From a bacterium (lineage in GTDB: Bacteria; UBA10199; 2-02-FULL-50-16; JAJFLM01), in the NCBI GenBank assembly GCA_965216315.1, contig CBDCFN010000016.1:1440001-1504000 (forward strand): a stretch of DNA of 64,000 bases. The letters are read 5' to 3'. The notes under the pieces are model-generated. The model saw only the letters and a program-made list of their open reading frames with translations. It was not told the DNA's origin and searched no databases. The position numbers and the translations under genes are program-made. Positions 10,678 to 22,517 of this stretch are shown here, piece after piece; position 1 is the first letter of the stretch; the number at the start of each line of letters is the position of its first letter.

Positions 10678-11423
10678 CGCAGCTTTTTCATATCCATATC
10701 CCCACCCCACATACTAAAGACTGAATCATGGGCCTCATTAAAAGAAGCGGCCAGATCGGTCATGAACTTCTGTAGTGGGGCTTTAATGATTTGGGCTCGT
10801 GCCTGGCGGCGCAGAGCAAGGACTTGCGATTTAACAGCAGCTAAATCACCCGCATAGGCCCTATTCTGATCTGCCGGTATCTTACTGAGTATATCGATCG
10901 CCAGATCAAAAACGCCTACCGCTTCTTCATACTGCTTGTTCGACATATAATCAACACCATCAGCGACTCTTTGTTCAGCGACGATAAATTGGATGACCGG
11001 CTTCCGGTATAACATATCAACAATGCGATGGGCCCGGCTCAGATTCTGTTTTGCAGCTTTGGCATCACCGACAGCAAGCTTTGTTTCAGCCTGATTCAGA
11101 TACTTGATAATTTCCCCGACCGGGCGAGTGAAGTGCCGCAAATAGCTGCGGTCTTGTTTATGGCGCTCCAAATTCGTTTGCATCTTTTGGAACTGCCTGG
11201 TGATATTTTGAATCGAAGAGACCTGATCTGGCTCCAAAGCGCGTTCCTGCGCTAAGAGTAAATGCATGATACGGTGAGCGCTTTTGATTTTAGAGTGATA
11301 CGGGCCAACCTCTGGAGTCACTGAACTTTCGATAACGATACTTGGGTTATCTTGAGCCGTCAGTGGACTTGGACCCAGCACCACAAGAGCTCCCAATAAA
11401 CACAATGATAATATTTGCTTCAT
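10674..11423 (-). CDS. Exported alpha-helical hypothetical protein
   Basis: N-terminal signal peptide (MKQILSLCLLGALVVLG...TA-QD); directly downstream of guaA. Confidence 0.7.
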   Translation of the reverse strand: MKQILSLCLLGALVVLGPSPLTAQDNPSIVIESSVTPEVGPYHSKIKSAHRIMHLLLAQERALEPDQVSSIQNITRQFQKMQTNLERHKQDRSYLRHFTRPVGEIIKYLNQAETKLAVGDAKAAKQNLSRAHRIVDMLYRKPVIQFIVAEQRVADGVDYMSNKQYEEAVGVFDLAIDILSKIPADQNRAYAGDLAAVKSQVLALRRQARAQIIKAPLQKFMTDLAASFNEAHDSVFSMWGGDMDMKKLR

Positions 11424-11426
11424 AAC

Positions 11427-12968
11427 TTACTCCCACTCAATCGTCGCAGGGGGCTTTGACGATATGTCATAAACGACTCTATTGACGCCGCGTACTTCGT
11501 TGATCACGCGACTCGAAATTCGCTCAAGCAGCTCATATGGAACTTTCACCCAGTCCGCCGTCATTCCATCCCGACTTTCTACCGCCCGCAGAGCAATCAC
11601 ATTCTCATAGGTACGCGCATCGCCCATCACACCAACCGTTTTAACCGGCAACAGAACGCCAAAGGATTGCCACACCTCAGTATAAAGACCCGCTTTCTTA
11701 AACTCATTGACGATAATACTGTCCGCTTCCCTCAAAATAGAAAGACGCTCTGCTGTTACCTCGCCAAGAATACGAACCGCCAATCCCGGCCCTGGAAAAG
11801 GCTGTCGTTGTATCAATTCCTCCGGAACACCGAGTATCCTGCCCAATTCACGGACCTCATCCTTAAAAAGCTCTCTAAACGGTTCAATCAATTCCAGGTT
11901 CATCCGTTCAGGCAGCCCCCCCACATTATGATGGCTCTTGATTGTCACCGACGGACCCCTGAATGAAACGCTTTCGATCACATCCGGATATAAAGTCCCT
12001 TGCGCAAGAAATTTAATGCCTTTCAGCTTTTTTGCTTCTTTTTCAAAGACATCAATAAAGGTATAACCGATTTGCTTACGTTTTACTTCGGGATCCTCAA
12101 CTCCGGCGAGCTTTTCCAGAAACAATTGGACGGCATCTACTTTGGTAATGTCCATGTCGAGATGGTCTTTGAAAAGCTTGGGAACTCTCTCCCCTTCATT
12201 TTTTCGAAGGAAACAGTTATCAACGAATATCGCATCGAGCTGGTCTCCAATCGCCTTATGAATGAGTGCCGCCATCACCGTGGAGTCGACTCCGCCCGAC
12301 ACCGCACAAAGAACGCGATCCGGCCCCACCTGCTCACGGATCTCGGCGACCTTTTCATCGATAAAGGACTCCATCGTCCAATCACCGCTTAATTGAGCCA
12401 CTTTAAATAAAAAGTTTTTCAGGATCTGCGTACCATTCTCGGTATGAACGACCTCGGGGTGAAATTGGAGTCCGAAACAAGAGCGTTGTTTATCACCGAT
12501 CGCTGCCAGGATATCATTACCACTCTGTGCGTAAACCTCGAAACCGTCAGGAAGTCTCGTCACATGATCGCCATGACTCATCCAGACGGATTGAGTACGA
12601 TCGTTGAGGCCTTCAAAAAGAGCCTCTCCCTTTTCAACATGAATTTTAGCGGGACCATATTCGTGGACATCCCCTGTCTCAACGACGCCACCGAGTTGCT
12701 GCGTCAGCCACTGCATGCCATAGCATATGCCCAGGACCGGCCGCCCCATCGTAAGCACCTTTGGGTCCGCATGGGGAGCATCCTCGTCATAAACACTTGC
12801 CGGACCACCGGAGAGAACGAGGGCATCCGGCTGATGGTTTTCAATCTCGTCAAACGGCGCGTTGCATGGCAGGACTTCGCAGAAAACACCGCATTCACGA
12901 ATGCGACGCGCAATGAGCTGCGTGTACTGGCTACCAAAGTCTAAGATTAATACTGTTGAATGTTGCAT
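11427..12968 (-). CDS. guaA: GMP synthase (glutamine-hydrolysing)
   Basis: [42 protein letters not shown]. Confidence 0.98.
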   Translation of the reverse strand: MQHSTVLILDFGSQYTQLIARRIRECGVFCEVLPCNAPFDEIENHQPDALVLSGGPASVYDEDAPHADPKVLTMGRPVLGICYGMQWLTQQLGGVVETGDVHEYGPAKIHVEKGEALFEGLNDRTQSVWMSHGDHVTRLPDGFEVYAQSGNDILAAIGDKQRSCFGLQFHPEVVHTENGTQILKNFLFKVAQLSGDWTMESFIDEKVAEIREQVGPDRVLCAVSGGVDSTVMAALIHKAIGDQLDAIFVDNCFLRKNEGERVPKLFKDHLDMDITKVDAVQLFLEKLAGVEDPEVKRKQIGYTFIDVFEKEAKKLKGIKFLAQGTLYPDVIESVSFRGPSVTIKSHHNVGGLPERMNLELIEPFRELFKDEVRELGRILGVPEELIQRQPFPGPGLAVRILGEVTAERLSILREADSIIVNEFKKAGLYTEVWQSFGVLLPVKTVGVMGDARTYENVIALRAVESRDGMTADWVKVPYELLERISSRVINEVRGVNRVVYDISSKPPATIEWE

Positions 12969-12975
12969 TATTTAT

Positions 12976-13046
12976 AGGGGCTCGCGTCGCCCCCTCCACC
13001 GGCAGAGCCGTCGGAGCCTCCCCCTCTCGCTCACGTTGTTCGCTAA
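12976..13046. repeat. GC-rich stem-loop (REP-like) intergenic element
   Basis: Complementary segments (ggggctc...gagcctcccc, ggc-aga-gcc) between guaB and guaA. Confidence 0.4.
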
Positions 13047-13049
13047 GAA

Positions 13050-14519
<1,470 letters not shown>

Positions 14520-14634
14520 CTATACAAAAGCCCCTATATTGTCAATAGTTATGGAGATTCCGTGGGCAAGTCTGGAAGCTCGGCTCAGCGTCTCTGACGC
14601 CCCAGGTGCCGCAAGCTCTGCGCGCGGCGCGCTT

Positions 14635-15816
14635 TCAGTTCGCTGAATGAATACGAAATTGGTCCTTGAGCTGAAGGGCATAAACCCTTCCCCCACCCGA
14701 CATATAGACGAGCAGGTTACCCTGATCTCCTGTTAAAATGGGATCGCTGTGGACATTCTTGCGGGCAAAGCGCTGCATAACCTTGTTGCCGTTAAGGGCA
14801 TCGACGAAGATAATCGAATGCTTTGAGGAGCCAACAATCACCAAATCTTTGTAAACGAGAGGTCGGGTCAGGGCACCCTTTTGACTCACATATTTCCAGC
14901 GCTGCGCGCCATCGTTGGCGCTGAGAGCATAGAGGACACCATCCGATCCCGCAACGTAGAGGACGTCCTTATCAAGGGCGAAACGGACACCACTGCCAAT
15001 AGCAACCTGCCACAGCGTCGCACCCGACTTTCGGTTGAGACAATAAAGATCCCCCGCAAAAGTCGCGGCATAAATACGGTCGCCATCAATCAAAGGTTGC
15101 ATATCAATATCGACAAACTTCGGGCGGTTCCGAGAAAGATCCTTCGACCAGAGTTGGCGCCCGCTGCCGGCGTCAATTGAGAGAAGATGACCATCGCTGA
15201 AACCGATATAAAGTCGTCCGCCCCCCTCACTACTATAAGCAGGCCGACTCTGTCCCAATAGGGTCATCTCACGGTCGGCTACCGTATAGGGATAAGCCCA
15301 CAGACGGTTTCCCGACTCCGCGTCTAAGCCGTATACCGTCCCTCTCACTGTCACAATAAAAAGACGATTTCCTTGCAGCACGGGCGCCGTCGTGACAGCG
15401 GCACCAAAACGCTTCTTCCACGCGAGTTCACCCGTATCTAGGCTGAGTGCATAAAAGTTGCCGTCATCATCGCCAAAATAAACCTTGCCATTACCCGCAG
15501 CGGCACCTGAATTGATCGGGGCGTCGGCTTCAAAGCGCCATTGCTTGTCACCATCCTTTTCATCAAAGGCATAAAAATAGCCACTATCGGCCCCCACTAG
15601 GATCATTCCGTTTTCCGCGGCAGGCGCGGCTAATTCGCGCCTTTTATATTTAAAGAGTGCTCCTTTTTTGACACGTGAGACCCATTTGGGCCGAAAAGGA
15701 ATCTTGTATTTTTGACTCGTGCCAGCGCCCTTGCTCACCCAGGCGTCCGACGTCGGTACAGCTAAAAAAGGAGTGATCAAAAGTATCGTTAAGAAGATTT
15801 TCCAATATCGAGCCAT
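14635..15816 (-). CDS. PQQ-like beta-propeller protein, BamB-like
   Basis: Signal peptide; repeated YALxxxxGxxxW blades; next to a YfgM-like gene and near der. Confidence 0.8.
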   Translation of the reverse strand: MARYWKIFLTILLITPFLAVPTSDAWVSKGAGTSQKYKIPFRPKWVSRVKKGALFKYKRRELAAPAAENGMILVGADSGYFYAFDEKDGDKQWRFEADAPINSGAAAGNGKVYFGDDDGNFYALSLDTGELAWKKRFGAAVTTAPVLQGNRLFIVTVRGTVYGLDAESGNRLWAYPYTVADREMTLLGQSRPAYSSEGGGRLYIGFSDGHLLSIDAGSGRQLWSKDLSRNRPKFVDIDMQPLIDGDRIYAATFAGDLYCLNRKSGATLWQVAIGSGVRFALDKDVLYVAGSDGVLYALSANDGAQRWKYVSQKGALTRPLVYKDLVIVGSSKHSIIFVDALNGNKVMQRFARKNVHSDPILTGDQGNLLVYMSGGGRVYALQLKDQFRIHSAN

Positions 15817-16472
15817 AACATGCGTTCCTTAGCACGGTTAGCAACAGCAAGTCCGAGCCCTTTATCTATCGCCTCTTCATACCATTTACGAGCTTCATCT
15901 TTTTTACCCAGGGCCTCGGCCGCTCGACCCATATGATAGTACGTCAATGCAACGGTTTGGTTGGCCGGATCAGCAGCCGCCTTGCGATAGATCTCAAAGG
16001 CCTCCTGCCATTTTCCTTGCGTCTCCAAGACCACTCCCAAATTATGCTGCGCCATAATTCGAATCATTGCTTGCCGTTCCGGAAGTGACTGCAAGGCCTT
16101 ATAATGCCGCTCGGCACTTTCATAATCACCGGCTTCAAATGACTTGCGACCAAGAGAAAAATTGGCAAGCATGCCAGCCCCGGTCTCTGGATACTCATCG
16201 GCAATCGCCGTCAAGCCGATATCCCTGCCCTTAGGGTCGACCGGCAACTCGGCATAAAGTTTGAGCGCCGTTTGCTGCGTATGATATTGATACCAGCTAA
16301 TCCCCCCCCATATCGCCCCGATGACCAAAGCGCCCGCAACGATAGAGACCACCGTTTTAAAATTTCTATCCAGCCAAGCCACGGCAATACGCACCGGTCT
16401 CGGCTGATGTGATAGCCACTGTACCGTATGAACTGTTTCGGTCTTTGCTTCTTGTTTCAAGGTCAGTTTCAC
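15789..16472 (-). CDS. Membrane-anchored TPR protein, YfgM-like
   Basis: Single TM followed by YPET and TPR helices; conserved yfgM-bamB order. Confidence 0.75.
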   Translation of the reverse strand: MKLTLKQEAKTETVHTVQWLSHQPRPVRIAVAWLDRNFKTVVSIVAGALVIGAIWGGISWYQYHTQQTALKLYAELPVDPKGRDIGLTAIADEYPETGAGMLANFSLGRKSFEAGDYESAERHYKALQSLPERQAMIRIMAQHNLGVVLETQGKWQEAFEIYRKAAADPANQTVALTYYHMGRAAEALGKKDEARKWYEEAIDKGLGLAVANRAKERMLWLDIGKSS

Positions 16473-16556
16473 TCCATTTATCTATTGGCTTAGCGGTGCA
16501 GATGTCAAAAAAGGCTAGTCTTGTCAATAAGATGTAAAGACGTTACCATCGTGCCC

Positions 16557-17387
16557 ATGATTGGTCGCATCCGCGGAATCATCCGCCATCGACGTCGAGA
16601 TCTCAGTAATATGATTACCTACCTCAAGTTAACCCTTGAGGGCAACAAAGTTGAGCGTTTAACTGATTTTGAAACCTGTGAGCACCCAGTTCTCCTCCTC
16701 TACGGCTTTGGCGCGACACGACGCACCTTCGGCATCTTGGAAAATCGGCTGAGAAGAGACGGTTTTTGCGTCTTCAGCCTCAATTTGGGGGGCATATTCG
16801 ATACTTTCAACACCCACTGCATTGAGGAACTCGCGGAGCTTGTTGACGAAAAAGTTGAACGCCTCTGCCACCGCTATCGACTCAAAAAAATCAGTATCAT
16901 TGGTCATTCCAAGGGAGGTCTTATCGGCCGTTATTATGTGAAGCGCCTGGGGGGTGCCAAAAGGGTTCGGGCCCTCATCACGCTGGGAACACCCCACAAT
17001 GGCAATCCTTGGGCCCTCCTCGGATTAGTGTCGCCGCTCATGCTCATCGCCAAGAGTATTCGCCAGATGTTTCCCATGAGCCCCTTTATTCGCGCCCTTA
17101 AAGATGGCGCATTTCCCCGCTCGGTTCGCTTCGTTTCAATCTATTCCAAAGATGATCGGGTATGTTTCTATAAAAGTGCCATGCTCGATATCCCCGCCAA
17201 GGGGAATGACAATATCAAGAACGTTGAGATCAAAGGCATGGGTCATGCGGACCTTGTCATGCGCAAGGCCGCCTACAATATCATCAAACGCGAGTTATTG
17301 GCAGGAAGTCGCAATAGCCGCAAACAGGCTCCCAAAAGAAATAAGAAACCCAGCCCGCCGAAACTTCATCAGGTTATCGGCCACTAG
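16557..17387 (+). CDS. Alpha/beta hydrolase, lipase/esterase family
   Basis: PVLLLYGF, GHSKGG nucleophile elbow, LITLGTPHNG. Confidence 0.88.
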   Translation: MIGRIRGIIRHRRRDLSNMITYLKLTLEGNKVERLTDFETCEHPVLLLYGFGATRRTFGILENRLRRDGFCVFSLNLGGIFDTFNTHCIEELAELVDEKVERLCHRYRLKKISIIGHSKGGLIGRYYVKRLGGAKRVRALITLGTPHNGNPWALLGLVSPLMLIAKSIRQMFPMSPFIRALKDGAFPRSVRFVSIYSKDDRVCFYKSAMLDIPAKGNDNIKNVEIKGMGHADLVMRKAAYNIIKRELLAGSRNSRKQAPKRNKKPSPPKLHQVIGH

Positions 17388-18204
17388 AAAGTTTCTTTTC
17401 CTGCAAGCGCGCCACAAGCTCCGCTGACAAAAGAAAGATATTCGCCAAATAGTAAACCCACACCATCAACACAATCATGACAGTTAACGAACCATAAATA
17501 ACGTCATACCGGTCCCAGCTGGCGACGATGTATTCCCGAAAAATTAAACGTGCCACTCCCGTTAATACCGTGAAAACAATGGCTCCAATAAAGGAATAGC
17601 GCATATACACTTTGCGGTTGGGTATCACCGTTGTCCCAAAAAAGAAGGCTCCAAAGGCAACAAAGAAAAAGAAAAGATCTCCCGACATTGAAAAGACTGC
17701 GGCAGGAGCCAGCAACTTGGCTTTGACTAAGGTAATCTGAAAAAGATGAAGGATACCGGGCGTCGCAAACAATAGGATAAAAACAAATAAGAAACCCACC
17801 GCAAGAATCTTAGAGTGAAAAAAGTTCCGCTTCTTTTCAGTTCGAAACACGCGATCCAAGGCCCTTTCGAGCGCGCTCACCATGAATGACGCTATGACAA
17901 TCAAAATACCGGCACTAATAAGACTGACACGTTGCTTTTTTGCCAGCGCCGCATGCATAACTTGAAAAAGATCGCCAGCGGCGGTCGGAATGACACTCTG
18001 AATAAGCGCCTCAAAACGGGCCACCAAGTCTCCTGAATAACCGACGAGATAAGCCAGAATCGCCACCGTAATCATGGCCAGCGGCAGCATCGAAAATATC
18101 GCATAAAAGGAAATGACCGAAGCCGATTGATTGCAGTCATCATCGCGGTATCCCTTGAGAACCGCTTTAAGCAAAGACCACGCTTTACCCGCAACTGCTT
18201 TCAT
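17374..18204 (-). CDS. YihY/virulence factor BrkB family membrane protein
   Basis: ASVISFYAIFSMLP, IYGSL...MVWVYY...SAEL; about six TM helices. Confidence 0.88.
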   Translation of the reverse strand: MKAVAGKAWSLLKAVLKGYRDDDCNQSASVISFYAIFSMLPLAMITVAILAYLVGYSGDLVARFEALIQSVIPTAAGDLFQVMHAALAKKQRVSLISAGILIVIASFMVSALERALDRVFRTEKKRNFFHSKILAVGFLFVFILLFATPGILHLFQITLVKAKLLAPAAVFSMSGDLFFFFVAFGAFFFGTTVIPNRKVYMRYSFIGAIVFTVLTGVARLIFREYIVASWDRYDVIYGSLTVMIVLMVWVYYLANIFLLSAELVARLQEKKLSSGR

Positions 18205-18208
18205 GTAA

Positions 18209-19510
18209 CTACTTCCTCTTGCGAAATACGACTCTTACCGGGATTCTCTCGAGACCAAAACGTCTTTGAAACCCATGAACCAGATAACGCCGATACGACT
18301 CGGGCACACCACTCGGCCAATTAGTAAAGACGATAATGATAGGCGGATGGGTTCCCACTTGGGTGGCATAATACAATTTCACCTCACGCCCTTTATACAT
18401 TGGAATGGAATGATGTTCTACTAGATCCGCCAAGGCATCGTTTAACTTAGATGTGCTGATCTCGGCACCGAGCTCGTCATAAAGCTCCATGAGTGCCGGG
18501 ATCACCTCCTCGACGCCTTTACCTGTCAATGCGGAAGAAAACAGCACGGGAAATTGCGGGAGAAAGCGTAACTCATCTCGAATTGTTTTCAACAATTTCT
18601 CACGGCTATCGGGACTCTTAAGATCCATCTTATTCCAGAGCATAATACAGCCTTGCCCCTGCTCTTCGATGTAGCCGGCAATATGCGCATCCTGCTTCAA
18701 CAATCCATCTTCGGCCGACAACACCAACAAGCAAACATCCGCTCGCTCAAGCGCGCGCGTCGCCTGAAGAACAGCAATTTTTTCGAGCTTCCCCCCTTTT
18801 TGCGAGCGACGCCTAATCCCCGCCGTGTCAATCAGGCGGAGGGGCCGGCCTTCGTAATGCAAAGGCGTATCAATACTATCACGCGTGGTCCCCGGCGTTG
18901 AATCAACGACGACGCGCGACTGACCCAGCAAGGCATTGACCAAAGAAGACTTCCCCACATTGGGGCGGCCCACAATCGCGATACGCAGCTCTTTGTCGTC
19001 AACCGCAGCCTTCTCGTCACGCGGCAATTCCTCGACAACGGCATCAAGCAACTCCGCAAGTTGATACCCATGCTCTCCCGATACCGGATATAATTTTTCA
19101 ACCCCTAACTTAAAGAAGTCATTTTGGCGCATCTCATGTGCCGGCACATCAATCTTGTTGACCGCATAAAACACCGGCTTGTTGATCTTACGCAGACGCT
19201 CGACAATCGCCTTTTCTTCCGGAATAAGCCCTGACTCCCCGTCAAAGACGCAAAGAATAATGTCACTTTCTTCAATAGCAAGATCGATCTGCACAGAGAC
19301 CTTGTCATCAATGGACTCTTCATCGAGAGGAAAACCGCCGGTATCGACACAGAGAAATTCGCGTCCACCCCACTCCGCGACGGCAAAATTTCGGTCTCGC
19401 GTGACCCCGGGATAATCATGAGTTAAGGCCTTACGTTGTCCGACAATACGGTTAAAGAGTGTGGATTTACCCACATTGGGACGGCCAATTATAGCGATGG
19501 TTGGTCTCAT
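18209..19510 (-). CDS. der: Ribosome biogenesis GTPase Der (EngA)
   Basis: Two GRPNVGKS P-loops, DTGG/DTAG, C-terminal KH-like domain. Confidence 0.97.
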   Translation of the reverse strand: MRPTIAIIGRPNVGKSTLFNRIVGQRKALTHDYPGVTRDRNFAVAEWGGREFLCVDTGGFPLDEESIDDKVSVQIDLAIEESDIILCVFDGESGLIPEEKAIVERLRKINKPVFYAVNKIDVPAHEMRQNDFFKLGVEKLYPVSGEHGYQLAELLDAVVEELPRDEKAAVDDKELRIAIVGRPNVGKSSLVNALLGQSRVVVDSTPGTTRDSIDTPLHYEGRPLRLIDTAGIRRRSQKGGKLEKIAVLQATRALERADVCLLVLSAEDGLLKQDAHIAGYIEEQGQGCIMLWNKMDLKSPDSREKLLKTIRDELRFLPQFPVLFSSALTGKGVEEVIPALMELYDELGAEISTSKLNDALADLVEHHSIPMYKGREVKLYYATQVGTHPPIIIVFTNWPSGVPESYRRYLVHGFQRRFGLERIPVRVVFRKRK

Positions 19511-19542
19511 GAGAGAATCTCTAGATATTCAGCTGCGCGCGC

Positions 19543-20634
19543 TTAATCTACCGGCAGCCGTAACTCATTGCGGTGTTCGTTTTTTAGGTACCAATCAACT
19601 AAAGTGTTCATATAGCTGCCGACCTCCGGACATTCGATCCCCTCTTGCTTCAGGACGGCTTGCGCCTGGGAACTATCATAATCGGCACCATGGTTCATAT
19701 ACACGACCGACTCTTGTGGAAAGCCCAGGAGTTTTCGCACCGGCTTGACCTTGGCTAACATCGAAAGAAGACCTGCCGGTATCAAGCCACGCGGCCGCGG
19801 ACAACCCAAAGCCTTCGCTAAGCCGCGGTAGACCTCTCCTGAAGTCCAGGGCCGTGGATCCGTGATGTGATACGTCTTTCCAACCGTATCGTCACGGGCC
19901 GCTATCGCCGCTGAAGCTTCAACGACATAGCTGACCGGAACCATATTAAACTTTGATTTCATCGGGCCCACATGCGGAACCGGAACCTTGCCCCAGCGTT
20001 TGAGAAAGTTGAGTAAAAAATAGGGGCCGTCAAATTTGGCCGTCTCTCCCGTGCGATGATCGCCGACGACGACACCATAGCGATAAATCGTTACCGGCAA
20101 CTCCGGCATCGCCTCACGGACCAGGACCTCTGCATCATGCTTGGTGGATTCATAAAAATTCTTGAACCCCTGGCTGTCGCCATTCAACAACTCCTCTTCC
20201 TTAACGACACCCAAGCGGTCTCCCGAGACATACGCCGTACTCACATACTGCAAGCGCCGCAACTGCTTACACTGCTTCGCCAAGTCAAGGACATGACGTG
20301 TCCCTTCGACATTCACCTGCTCCGCAACCTTGGGTCCGACATCCAGGCGATACACCGCGGCCAGATGCCACCACTCACCTGGATCGTTTTTCATCGTCTC
20401 CAAGACTTTGCTATCTTCGATACCCAAATTGGGCTGAGTGATATCCCCTTCAATCAGTTCGACGGGAAGGTCCGCAAGATCGTTGGCAACCGATTCCTGG
20501 GCCATTTTCAGAAAGCGCTGATCCGGGGTGCGGAGGACAATCAACCAGATCTTGTCGAACTTTTGGCGCTTCACGAGTTCACGTAACAAGCGTGTCGCAA
20601 TGAAACCCGGATAGCCGGTCATGAATAGATACAT
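19543..20634 (-). CDS. Extended SDR oxidoreductase (thioester-reductase/male-sterility-like)
   Basis: TGYPGFIA, HLAAVY, YVSTAYVSG, YESTK. Confidence 0.85.
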   Translation of the reverse strand: MYLFMTGYPGFIATRLLRELVKRQKFDKIWLIVLRTPDQRFLKMAQESVANDLADLPVELIEGDITQPNLGIEDSKVLETMKNDPGEWWHLAAVYRLDVGPKVAEQVNVEGTRHVLDLAKQCKQLRRLQYVSTAYVSGDRLGVVKEEELLNGDSQGFKNFYESTKHDAEVLVREAMPELPVTIYRYGVVVGDHRTGETAKFDGPYFLLNFLKRWGKVPVPHVGPMKSKFNMVPVSYVVEASAAIAARDDTVGKTYHITDPRPWTSGEVYRGLAKALGCPRPRGLIPAGLLSMLAKVKPVRKLLGFPQESVVYMNHGADYDSSQAQAVLKQEGIECPEVGSYMNTLVDWYLKNEHRNELRLPVD

Positions 20635-20646
20635 AACAACCCTCTG

Positions 20647-20722
20647 GGCGGGTCCTGCCGCTTTCGCAATCCTTTGGCTGCGTCTGAAGTGACGTTCCCA
20701 AGGATCGCTCGCGTCACCCGCC
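20647..20722 (+). repeat. ~75-bp palindromic dispersed repeat, copy 1
   Basis: 66/74 identical by manual alignment to the reverse complement of 23511-23584; terminal IR ggcgggt...acccgcc. Confidence 0.85.
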
Positions 20723-20767
20723 TCATTTGCAGTCTATTAACAATGCGACGCAAGCCCCTTTTGAATG

Positions 20768-20841
20768 TGGCGGTGGAGGGATTCGAACCCCCGACACAAC
20801 GGATATGAGCCGTTTGCTCTAACCGACTGAGCTACACCGCC
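20768..20841 (-). tRNA. tRNA-Met (CAT), probably elongator; CCA not encoded
   Basis: GGCGGTGTAGCTCAGTCGGTTAGAGCAAACGGCTCATATCCGTTGTGTCGGGGGTTCGAATCCCCTCCACCGCCA folds into a cloverleaf; G1-C72 is paired, so it is not initiator. Ile2 is not fully excluded. Confidence 0.9.
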
Positions 20842-20944
20842 CGACTACGCTTCAATTTTCGCTAAAGCTTCGTCGGACAAGCTAAGTTCCATTCAATCTC
20901 AACCTGTCCACCGAAGCTCGTTCTTTAATACGAGCGAAGGTGGA
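20842..20944. repeat. Double-hairpin REP/MITE-like insertion flanked by a 12-bp direct repeat
   Basis: AGCTACACCGCC at 20830-20841 and 20945-20956; hairpins ccgac..gtcgg and tccacc..ggtgga. Confidence 0.65.
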
Positions 20945-20962
20945 AGCTACACCGCCTAATAC

Positions 20963-22516
20963 CTACTGCGCTTTCAACTTACGGCTCCTCGCAATCATCT
21001 TCATCAAGCCCTTAATGCGCTTCACGATCCCTTTTGCAAAAAAAGCATCGGCCATGGCCAGAAAAAAATTAATGCGCGCTTGATCGTAGGTATACCACCA
21101 CAGATCCTTCATAAAGGCCATTTTATTAATATGAACATGTTTCGGCTCAACCATCTCAAGAAAACCCGTCTTGCCATGAGTTCGACCGATGCCACTCCAC
21201 TTGGGCCCGCCCCATGGCGTCTGCGGCAAGGCATAGGTGTAGACGTTTTCGTTAATCGTAACCGTCCCGGCCTCCAATTGCCGCGCCAGCTTTTCCCCGC
21301 GACGGCGGCTCTTGGTCCATACCGAAGCCGTCAAGCCATAGGGCGTATCATTCGCCTTGGCAATGGCCTCCGCTTCGTCCTTGAACGTCATGATCGGCAA
21401 AACGGGCCCAAAGGTTTCTTCACTCACGACGTCCATCGAATCCGTGACATTTTTAAGCAAGGTCGGTGGGTAAAAATAGCCGGACTTATCCTGGAGTCGC
21501 TTACCGCCGGTTAATGCGACGGCACCCGCTTGTAGCGCCGCCTTCACTTGCGCTTCCACTTTATTGAGCTGCATCTCGTTATTGAGCACCGTGACATCGG
21601 CTTCCGGATTCGTTCCTATGCTCTGCTTGAGTTGCTGCGTCTTCGCAACCAGCTGCTGCTCAAACGGCTCCGCAATATCTTCATGAACGTACAAACGCTC
21701 TACGGAGGCACAGATCTGTCCATTATTCGAAAAAGCCCCCCACACCGCGGCACTCGAAGCCACATCCAAATTGGCGTCTTTGCAAACAATCATCGGATCC
21801 TTGCCACCTAACTCTAAGCAAATTGGCTTTAAGTGTTCCGCGGCAGCGGCCATAATTTTCTTACCCGTTCCTACGCTCCCGGTGAAAAATATTTTATCGA
21901 CCTCCGAGTTGATCAATGCCGCGCCGGTCATCCCGTCACCGGTTACAACTTCGATAACTCCCGCCGGAAAACCCGCCGCGCGCGCAAGCTCCCCTATCTT
22001 TTCACCGATCAACGGTGTGTACTCGGAAGGCTTCAACACAACCGTGTTGCCCGCCATCACCGTCATCATGACCTGACCCGCAGGGATCGAGAACGGATAA
22101 TTCCACGGCGCAATCACGCCGACAGTCCCGAGCGGCACATATTCGATGTAACTGGAACGACCCATCAAATCCCATTTGCCCAACCAGATACGCTGCCGTT
22201 TCAAGATCTTGGCCGCATTTTTGGCAAAGTACGTACAAAGGTCCATCACCGGCACGAGATCCGAACTGAAGGCTTCGGCAAGGGGCTTGCCGTTCTCCAG
22301 TGCAATGAGTTCTGCAAGCACTCTTAATTGGCAACGGATCTGTTCCCGAAACTCGAGGACCAACTGACCACGCTCGCGAAAGCTTAAGGCCTGCCACCCT
22401 TCGGCGGCCTTCTGCCCCCGCTCGACCGCCGCTTGCACGGCCGCCGCATCAGCGACGGGGAGTTCCGCAATTGTTTCCAGGGTCGCAGGGTTGATCGATT
22501 TAATGGTTCGAGTCAT
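20963..22516 (-). CDS. Aldehyde dehydrogenase family protein
   Basis: APWNYP, KPSE, FTGSVGTG, LELGGKDP, GQICAS, EETFGP. Confidence 0.95.
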   Translation of the reverse strand: MTRTIKSINPATLETIAELPVADAAAVQAAVERGQKAAEGWQALSFRERGQLVLEFREQIRCQLRVLAELIALENGKPLAEAFSSDLVPVMDLCTYFAKNAAKILKRQRIWLGKWDLMGRSSYIEYVPLGTVGVIAPWNYPFSIPAGQVMMTVMAGNTVVLKPSEYTPLIGEKIGELARAAGFPAGVIEVVTGDGMTGAALINSEVDKIFFTGSVGTGKKIMAAAAEHLKPICLELGGKDPMIVCKDANLDVASSAAVWGAFSNNGQICASVERLYVHEDIAEPFEQQLVAKTQQLKQSIGTNPEADVTVLNNEMQLNKVEAQVKAALQAGAVALTGGKRLQDKSGYFYPPTLLKNVTDSMDVVSEETFGPVLPIMTFKDEAEAIAKANDTPYGLTASVWTKSRRRGEKLARQLEAGTVTINENVYTYALPQTPWGGPKWSGIGRTHGKTGFLEMVEPKHVHINKMAFMKDLWWYTYDQARINFFLAMADAFFAKGIVKRIKGLMKMIARSRKLKAQ

Positions 22517-22517
22517 T

